From an archaeon (GTDB lineage Archaea; Iainarchaeota; Iainarchaeia; Iainarchaeales; CSSED10-239): a DNA stretch of 6,195 nt. The DNA is taken from the NCBI GenBank assembly GCA_041677685.1, contig JBAYPN010000034.1, positions 1 through 6,195 on the forward strand, read 5' to 3'. The position numbers and the translations under genes are program-made. Below, in pieces: positions 1 to 4,725 of this stretch (positions within the stretch are counted from its first letter, which is position 1; each line of letters opens with the position of its first letter). The notes under the pieces are model-generated. The model was not told the origin of the DNA. It did not search any database and saw only the letters and a program-made list of their open reading frames with translations.

Positions 1-555
1 AAACCAAGTCAGGAAATGTTTAAAGAAATTACAACCCAATTAAAAAAAATTGAATCTAATCTAAAAGTAGATTATATGTCTACTGGGATCACAAGGTTGT
101 TGAAATTTAACCTAAACTTAAAAGAATTTAAGGAATACAATTCTGAATTAATTAAACTATTAAGAAAAATAGAACCAAATTTGAGAGATAAATATTTAAC
201 GTATGTAGGTAAAGGTATACTGTTTTTGAAAGTAAATTTAGAAATATTTAAAGAACTTGTGACACTATTAGAACAAATAGAAATAAATAACAAAACACAT
301 GTTAGTATACCTCTTATAGGTGGTTTAATTTCAAAGATGCAGGAAATAAATTTAAGTGTAGAAATATATAAGGAAACTACAAAACAATTAAAAAAAATAG
401 ATCAAAGTTTAAGAATATATTATCTGAACAATGTGTTTGTAAATATACTAAAAAAGAACCCAAGCTTAAAAGAACTTAAGGAATACAATCTTAAATTACT
501 TAAATCGCTAGAAAAAATAGCCCCAAATAAAAGAATGCATTATCTACTATCTTAG
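1..555 (+). CDS. Tandem-repeat protein of unknown function with helical-repeat-like periodicity; 5'-partial, continues upstream of the window
   Basis: Frame 1 is open from nt 1, reading KPSQEM before the tracked Met at 16. That leader matches the inter-repeat junction seen later (KPSQEM-FKEIT vs NPSLKEL-KEYN), so Met16 is probably internal. Stop TAG is at 553-555. Composition is K/E/L/I/N-rich like the other genes here, and T-runs follow at 603-616. Confidence 0.6.
   Translation, partial: KPSQEMFKEITTQLKKIESNLKVDYMSTGITRLLKFNLNLKEFKEYNSELIKLLRKIEPNLRDKYLTYVGKGILFLKVNLEIFKELVTLLEQIEINNKTHVSIPLIGGLISKMQEINLSVEIYKETTKQLKKIDQSLRIYYLNNVFVNILKKNPSLKELKEYNLKLLKSLEKIAPNKRMHYLLS
19..555 (+). repeat. 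In-frame tandem repeats: about 4.5 copies of a 36-40 aa unit nested in a 348-nt (116-aa) super-repeat
   Basis: Units start at F2, F38, F78, Y118 and L154/K155 (nt 19, 127, 247, 367, 475), each with the pattern [FY]KE..(..)L.K.I/L....L...Y/L......L.....L.E. At DNA level, 117-180 and 465-528 align at an offset of 348 nt with 51 of 64 identical by hand alignment. Segments 19-75 and 367-423 are similarly related. Confidence 0.75.
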
Positions 556-569
556 GGTAATTGGTCTGT

Positions 570-622
570 TGTGTAAATTACAAATATTTTACACATAAAG
601 ACTTTTATTTTTCTTTAAAAAT
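570..622. terminator. Putative bidirectional terminator region between convergent genes
   Basis: A perfect 8-bp inverted repeat, TGTGTAAA (570-577) and TTTACACA (588-595), has a 10-nt loop. On the plus strand it is followed by T4-A-T5-C-T3 (603-616). A5 at 617-621 gives a T5 run on the minus strand one base after the TGA stop (623-625) of the 95-aa ORF. Oligo-T is the usual archaeal termination signal, but the AT-rich background makes this weak evidence. Confidence 0.35.
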
Positions 623-910
623 TCACAACCTATTAATAACACCTAAAACTTTATTAAAAACAACTTTAGCTTTATCCTCTTCAACTAAATCTTTTATAAT
701 TATTTTTAGAGAGGAAAAGACAGTTACCTCTGCAAGATCTGTTTTTATGTGAAGGTAGAAGGGAGAGTTATCCTTTGAAATGTATATCTCATCACCTGTT
801 AAAAGATCCTTTAATTTACCTAAATCAATCTTTTTTCTTTTCTTTGGATAAAACTCAAAACCAGGAGTTACCTTACAACTATCTAATATAAAATCTTTTT
901 CTTCAAGCAT
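623..910 (-). CDS. Hypothetical 95-aa protein, probably co-transcribed with the upstream ATPase gene
   Basis: ATG at 910 lies 13 nt after the TAA stop (924-926) of the 974-aa gene on the same strand. It is preceded by GTGAT, an SD-like sequence complementary to the 16S 3' tail, 5 nt upstream. The sequence is mixed charged/hydrophobic and non-repetitive (MLEEKDFILDSCKVTPGFEFYPKKRKK...). I recognise no family. The overlapping plus-strand ORF 561..752 looks like antisense noise. Confidence 0.55.
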   Translation of the reverse strand: MLEEKDFILDSCKVTPGFEFYPKKRKKIDLGKLKDLLTGDEIYISKDNSPFYLHIKTDLAEVTVFSSLKIIIKDLVEEDKAKVVFNKVLGVINRL

Positions 911-915
911 ATCTA

Positions 916-920
916 ATCAC
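916..920 (-). promoter_or_regulatory. Shine-Dalgarno-like element (GTGAT) for the 95-aa ORF
   Basis: The minus strand reads TAA-TTTGTGATTAGAT-ATG. GTGAT matches part of the GGAGGTGATC anti-16S consensus at a 5-nt spacing. The first gene of the block (ATG at 3848) and cca have no such element. This fits the common archaeal pattern of a leaderless or short-leader first gene with SD on internal operon genes. Confidence 0.35.
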
Positions 921-923
921 AAA

Positions 924-3848
924 TTACAATTGTTGACCAATTACTCCATCAATAAACAATTCCCTTACATCATTATTCTTATGAACTAAAGTTACATGCC
1001 AAATTGGCCAGAAAACCTCTTCAAGAGAAATAAATTCTAAAAAACCCCATAATTTTTCTAAGTTTTCTTGAACCTGTGCAGTTGAATAATTTATTTTTTC
1101 TAAAAATTCTGTTTCTTCTTTTCTTAATGGTAATTGGTCTAGAGATGACAAAAGTTTGTGTTCTGCACTAAAAGGCACATCAAAGTTTTCAGACAATCTA
1201 TATATCTCTCTATCATTCTTTATAGTAAAAGTTATTAGGTTTAGATCTTTAAACTTAGAAATAAATTTAGAGTATACTTCCTCTTCCTTTAAATCTAGAT
1301 CTTTTGATAAAGAAAACAAAGTTTGTTGCTTTTGTAGAAGATATAAAACATCTAAGTCATTTACATCTAAATCCTTAACCACACATAATCCCTTAGACTC
1401 TTTAAAGTTTGAATTTTTAAAATGAACAAACTCTCCAGTAACAGAATCAACATAACAATAGTACTTTTTGAAGTTGTCTTCTTTATCATATAAATTATAA
1501 TATAGTTTATATATTGCTCTATATTTAAGAACAATATTTTGAACAACTTCCTTTGGTTTAAAAAAAATATTCTTTTTTATATTCTTTTTTGTTATTTCTT
1601 CAATTTGGAACCTGTTGATTCTTAAAGGCAAGGTGTTATGTTGCTTAACCCTAATTGGAACTTGTTTTTGAGACTCTAGGTCCTTTTCTATTTTTTCAAA
1701 AGTGCTTTCTGTGTCATTATCTTTGTTCTCATCTAAAGATAAATTCTCTTCTTGAGACAAATCACCTTCTTGATCTTGTGAATCAATATCGTTTCTATTC
1801 TCTTCAAGTCTTTTTATTTCTTTTTTTACATTTTCATGTAAAAGATCTAATTCCTTATCACTTAAGTATAATATTTCTTTTTCCAAAATAACTTTCTTTT
1901 CAAATAACTTTTCTAAGACTTGATCAAAGGAAACTACTGACTTATATTTTATATTAACAACATCTAAAATGTCTTTTGCATAATCTACTCTAATCTCTTT
2001 TGTTTTTTGTAATTCTTTGTAGATCATGTCTGTGGCTATATTTAATATCTCTAAATTACTTCTTTTAGGAATTTCTCTTACAGTCTCTGCATCTCTTCCC
2101 TCATGTTGACTTGTTCTAGGTCCTGCTCTTAAAATGAAAGCTCTTGAGGTCTCTTCTGACCTTTCTCCACAAAGAGCTGTTGCAAAGGGTAGAGTCTTAA
2201 TGAAATTTGGAGCTCTGTATTCTTTTGGAATAATTGCTGGCATTCTTTTTTGAATTGCATGAATATCATCATTAAACACTAGCTTGTTACTTATTAAAAC
2301 ATCAACTTGAGAAAGGACTTTAGTATTGATTGCTGACGGTTGTTGTGTTGCAAAAACTAAAGAACAACCAGGTCTTCTTCCTTGCTTTACATATTCTATT
2401 ATTCCTGCTGTTGCTGGAGTTAGGGTGTTACCTGATGGGATTAAGGTGTGAGCTTCATCAATATACAACCATGTTGGAGGAATTTCAATTTCTAACATTT
2501 GCTCAGCATTAATTTCTTTACTTCCAAACTTTTTAACAGCATCTTGTCTTGCTAGAAGTTTTCTTGCTGAAAGTAATCTTCTTGCTAGAATTCCAATAAC
2601 AAGAGCTGTTATGTTTTCATCTAGAAAAGAAGTGTCCAAGACTGTTAATTGATTTTCTCTTGACATCTTTGATAAAGGAGTTCCGTGATCTGAAAATATG
2701 CCCCAGGACTTTGCAGCTTCAAATCTTGAGACAAGTGCTCTTATTGAATCTGGTTTGTAACCTTTAGAAGAAGAGCTAAACTCTGCATTATTTTGTAGGC
2801 AAAAGATGATGTCGTCTAAGGAGTATTGGTTACCTTTAGGTTTTATTTTTTCTGTGTCTGGGTTTTCTTTAGTTCCTCCAGAAACATAGCCTTTTCTTAC
2901 ATAATCTAAATTTTTTTCAAGTAATAGACCACCTGGGGAAAACCTATCAATACCAAAAGTAATACACCAGTCTTCAGGTGTTAAAAGAGAAGGAAACATA
3001 GAAAAGGTATCATTAAATGTTTCCTTTGAAACTTTATCTGAAATCCCTTCAGGAACAAAGACTTTTAAGTTTTTTAGACCTTCTGGTTTTAGTCCCCATT
3101 CTTCTAAGATCTTTAATTCTTTTGTATCTCTGTTTGGAAATTTCATTGACCAAAAAACCCCAACAGGATCAATTACAATTTGTCCAATAAATGGATTTGT
3201 TTTTGCTAATTGTTCAGCAATAACTCCTAAAAGATAACTTTTACCTGTTCCTCTGGCACCGTCTAGAAAGACAACGTGTGGGTTAAGACCATCAAGGTGC
3301 ACTTTTTTTCCTTTACATTGTTCTTCTGCAACCTTTCCAATAAATGCAGTTCCCATTCTTCCATATTCCTTAAGAACTGACTTTTTTCTTCCAATGTACA
3401 CTATTTCTGGGTCATCAGGGTCTGTTAAGAATTTTAATTTTGGTTTAATTTCATTTGAATTTATTTCTTCTTTTTCTTGTTGGTTGGTTGGTTGGGGGGT
3501 TCTTTCCTGTTGGTTATTTCCTTCTTTTGGACTATCTTTTTCTTGTGTTGATAGGTCATTCTCTTTTTCAGCCACTCCAACGTCTTTTTCTAAATCTTTT
3601 TTTAGAGCTTCTTCTTTCTTTTTTAAAGTTTCTTTTGCCTGAGCAATTATTTTTTTTGAATCTTCTGTTGATATTTGATTTTGACTTAAATCTTTATTTG
3701 GTTTTTTAAATTTAGAGTCTTTTATCTTTTGTTCTATATCATCAACTACATCTTTATTTACTAAATTTGAATTATTAGAAAAAGATTTATCTTCATCTAG
3801 CGCTTCAAAGAAATCCTTTCCATCTGACTTATAATGTTCTACACTCAT
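924..3848 (-). CDS. HerA/FtsK-superfamily (DUF87 / HerA-central-domain-like) P-loop ATPase, 974 aa, with long N- and C-terminal extensions
   Basis: This is the longest ORF in the window. Walker A is LDGARGTGKSY (GARGTGKS = nt 3237-3260). Walker B is WLYIDEAH (LYIDEAH = nt 2448-2468). The HerA-type motif ATQQPS is at nt 2334-2351, followed by VLSQVDVLISNKL. HerA-like blocks also include VIDPVGVF after Walker A, TVLDTSFL...ALVIGILARRL, and a C-terminal R..PRTSQHEGRD resembling the HerA R..T.HGG segment. Family assignment is by motif recognition only. Confidence 0.85.
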   Translation of the reverse strand: MSVEHYKSDGKDFFEALDEDKSFSNNSNLVNKDVVDDIEQKIKDSKFKKPNKDLSQNQISTEDSKKIIAQAKETLKKKEEALKKDLEKDVGVAEKENDLSTQEKDSPKEGNNQQERTPQPTNQQEKEEINSNEIKPKLKFLTDPDDPEIVYIGRKKSVLKEYGRMGTAFIGKVAEEQCKGKKVHLDGLNPHVVFLDGARGTGKSYLLGVIAEQLAKTNPFIGQIVIDPVGVFWSMKFPNRDTKELKILEEWGLKPEGLKNLKVFVPEGISDKVSKETFNDTFSMFPSLLTPEDWCITFGIDRFSPGGLLLEKNLDYVRKGYVSGGTKENPDTEKIKPKGNQYSLDDIIFCLQNNAEFSSSSKGYKPDSIRALVSRFEAAKSWGIFSDHGTPLSKMSRENQLTVLDTSFLDENITALVIGILARRLLSARKLLARQDAVKKFGSKEINAEQMLEIEIPPTWLYIDEAHTLIPSGNTLTPATAGIIEYVKQGRRPGCSLVFATQQPSAINTKVLSQVDVLISNKLVFNDDIHAIQKRMPAIIPKEYRAPNFIKTLPFATALCGERSEETSRAFILRAGPRTSQHEGRDAETVREIPKRSNLEILNIATDMIYKELQKTKEIRVDYAKDILDVVNIKYKSVVSFDQVLEKLFEKKVILEKEILYLSDKELDLLHENVKKEIKRLEENRNDIDSQDQEGDLSQEENLSLDENKDNDTESTFEKIEKDLESQKQVPIRVKQHNTLPLRINRFQIEEITKKNIKKNIFFKPKEVVQNIVLKYRAIYKLYYNLYDKEDNFKKYYCYVDSVTGEFVHFKNSNFKESKGLCVVKDLDVNDLDVLYLLQKQQTLFSLSKDLDLKEEEVYSKFISKFKDLNLITFTIKNDREIYRLSENFDVPFSAEHKLLSSLDQLPLRKEETEFLEKINYSTAQVQENLEKLWGFLEFISLEEVFWPIWHVTLVHKNNDVRELFIDGVIGQQL
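927..1646 (-). other. C-terminal non-ATPase module (about aa 735-974) containing a winged-helix-like segment flanked by two similar aromatic beta-hairpin-like motifs
   Basis: The module follows an acidic linker (aa ~683-730, nt 1659-1802: NRNDIDSQDQEGDLSQEENLSLDENKDNDTES). Motif 1 is aa 771-808, LKYRAIYKLYYNLY...KKYYCYVDSVTGEFV. The wHTH-like stretch is aa ~826-888 (nt 1185-1373), DLDVLYLLQKQQTLFSLSKDLDLKEEEVYSKFISKFKDLNLITFTIKNDREIYRL. Motif 2 is aa 941-974, EEVFWPIWHVTLVHKNNDVRELFIDGVIGQQL. Domain calls rest on pattern recognition only. Confidence 0.4.
2079..3416 (-). other. ATPase core (about aa 145-590) of the HerA-like protein
   Basis: It spans from the short segment before Walker A (GKKVHLDGLNPHVVFLDGARGTGKS) to ...AFILRAGPRTSQHEGRD. 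It contains Walker A, an inserted region of about 160 aa, Walker B (DEAH) and ATQQPS. Confidence 0.7.
3429..3848 (-). other. N-terminal low-complexity, probably disordered region of the 974-aa protein (about aa 1-140)
   Basis: The region is K/E/D/Q/N/S-rich with almost no hydrophobic core residues, for example ...AQAKETLKKKEEALKKDLEKDVGVAEKENDLSTQEKDSPKEGNNQQERTPQPTNQQEKEE... The ordered-looking sequence begins near PEIVYIGRKK (aa ~147). Confidence 0.6.
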
Positions 3849-3919
3849 AAATATCTTTATTTTTATTTTTTAATACTATAATATATAATAGAAAATAATT
3901 TATATAGGTTTGTGTTTTT

Positions 3920-3945
3920 AAAAAAAAGAAAAGGAAAATAGAAAA
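3920..3945 (-). terminator. Oligo-T / pyrimidine tract after tRNA-Ser(UGA)
   Basis: Immediately 3' of the tRNA, the minus strand reads C-TTTTCTATTTTCCTTTTCTTTTTTTT. This includes a T8 run, seen as A8 at 3920-3927 on the plus strand. Confidence 0.4.
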
Positions 3946-3946
3946 G

Positions 3947-4029
3947 CGCAGAGGATGGGATTTGAACCCATGTAGTCCAAGGACTCCAGCTCTCAAGGCT
4001 GGCGCGTTTGACCACTCCGCCACCTCTGC
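3947..4029 (-). tRNA. tRNA-Ser, anticodon UGA, 83 nt, no encoded CCA, no intron
   Basis: The minus strand folds by hand into a type II cloverleaf: GCAGAGG-TG-GCG-GAGTGGTCAAA-CGC-G-CCAGC-CTTGAGA-GCTGG-AGTCCTTGGACTAC-ATGGG-TTCAAAT-CCCAT-CCTCTGC-G. It has a 7-bp acceptor stem, a 5-bp anticodon stem with loop CU-UGA-GA, a long variable arm (AGTCC/GGACT), a TTCAAAT T-loop and discriminator G. The next bases are CTTT, not CCA. Confidence 0.93.
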
Positions 4030-4050
4030 AGAAGTAAAACTAGATATATA

Positions 4051-4060
4051 ATATATAATA
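4051..4060 (-). promoter_or_regulatory. Candidate TATA-like box for tRNA-Ser(UGA)
   Basis: The minus strand reads TATTATATAT at about -31 to -22 relative to the tRNA 5' end (4029). The position fits the archaeal TATA box (about -26), but such strings are common in this AT-rich DNA. Confidence 0.25.
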
Positions 4061-4566
4061 AAAAGATATATAAAGCTTACAGAAATTTTAGACATATAAA
4101 ATTAGAATAAATAATTACAGAAAAAATAAAAGAATTAAAAAAAATAGTTCAAGATGGGAGAATCAAATCTATATATAGTTCAATCAAACCTGTCTCAGTT
4201 TATTCTCCCAACTGTCGATTTTTGAAGGTATCGTCATATCTATATACCAACCCCCTAGATGAAACTGCTCACTAGAAATTATTTCTTCCATATTTTCTAG
4301 CATAGTCCTTGTACATCTCAAATCCAATATTATTATAAACTACCATGTTTATATATATTGCCCTTTTAAAATGTATATTAATGCACACCTTTAACTATTT
4401 AAGTGACCTATAAAAATTACACTTCAGAAAAAAATAAGAAAAAATAACAAATTATGGTTTTCAAGTTAAAACACACGATCTTAAAAAATAAACAATTATA
4501 TAATTTGGTTTATAGAGCAGTAATAAGTTACTCAAGAAACATACATTTTTATTAAAACAATATTAA

Positions 4567-4649
4567 CGCAGAGGATGGGATTTGAACCCATGCAGTCTGT
4601 AGACTCCAGTTTTCGAAACTGGTGCGTTTGGCCACTCCGCCACCTCTGC
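4567..4649 (-). tRNA. tRNA-Ser, anticodon CGA, 83 nt, no encoded CCA, no intron
   Basis: The minus strand reads GCAGAGG-TG-GCG-GAGTGGCCAAA-CGC-A-CCAGT-TTCGAAA-ACTGG-AGTCTACAGACTGC-ATGGG-TTCAAAT-CCCAT-CCTCTGC-G. It has the same architecture as the UGA isoacceptor. There are compensatory changes in the anticodon stem (CCAGT/ACTGG vs CCAGC/GCTGG) and the variable arm (AGTCT/AGACT vs AGTCC/GGACT). The next bases are TTA, not CCA. Confidence 0.93.
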
Positions 4650-4671
4650 TAAAAATAAAATAGAGATATGT

Positions 4672-4679
4672 ATTTTAAA
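4672..4679 (-). promoter_or_regulatory. Candidate BRE/TATA promoter for tRNA-Ser(CGA)
   Basis: The minus strand reads AAAAA-TTTAAAAT, with the TATA-like octamer at -30 to -23 from the tRNA 5' end (4649). It is preceded by an A-rich, BRE-like stretch. Confidence 0.35.
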
Positions 4680-4707
4680 TTTTTAAAATGTTTTTAAAAT
4701 TGAAATT

Positions 4708-4713
4708 AAAAAA
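4708..4713 (-). terminator. Oligo-T run downstream of cca
   Basis: After the TGA stop (4726-4728) the minus strand reads ATTTCTTTTAAC-TTTTTT-AATTTC. The T6 run corresponds to A6 at 4708-4713. This is weak evidence in an AT-rich context. Confidence 0.3.
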
Positions 4714-4725
4714 GTTAAAAGAAAT

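Noticed and set aside
72-293. 73-aa minus-strand ORF inside the repeat-protein gene
   Set aside because: It is antisense to a longer ORF with clear repeat structure. Its S/L/F/N-rich low-complexity composition is typical of the reverse frame of K/E-rich AT-rich genes.
561-752. 63-aa plus-strand ORF with a TTG start, overlapping the 95-aa minus-strand ORF
   Set aside because: It has a non-ATG start and begins inside the hairpin/terminator region. Its composition is T/S/L/F-rich and antisense-like. The minus-strand ORF has better coding character, an SD-like site and operon context.
924-2078. Whether the C-terminal half of the 974-aa protein is a fused NurA-like nuclease or another effector
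   Set aside because: I see no acidic catalytic-motif pattern or other nuclease, Sir2 or TIR signature. The region looks like a coiled-coil, an acidic linker and a small DNA-binding-like module. It is left as unknown rather than called an effector.
1156-3709. Plus-strand ORFs 1156-1425, 1655-1891, 2330-2512, 3394-3642 and 3455-3709
   Set aside because: All lie antisense within the 974-aa gene. Their F/L/S/C-rich peptides are mirror images of the K/E/N-rich sense frame, and they have no independent signals.
3829-4095. 88-aa minus-strand ORF
   Set aside because: It reads straight through tRNA-Ser(UGA); the peptide ...AEVAEWSNAPALRAGVLGLHGFKSHPL... is the translated tRNA. It also runs through the tRNA's promoter and terminator tracts, so it is spurious.
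4152-4159. AGATGGGA in the spacer resembles GGATGGGA at the 3' end of both tRNA-Ser genes, which could be an att-site remnant
   Set aside because: Only 7 nt match and the similarity does not extend into the T-arm sequence. That is too short to distinguish from chance. No integrase is present, and both tRNAs are complete with distinct anticodons.
4195-4238. Possible C/D-box sRNA on the minus strand: ATGACGA ... CTGA, 32 nt apart
   Set aside because: The C box has a mismatch to RUGAUGA. I see no convincing internal D'/C' boxes or terminal stem, and the spacing is shorter than the usual archaeal layout. It is most likely a chance match.
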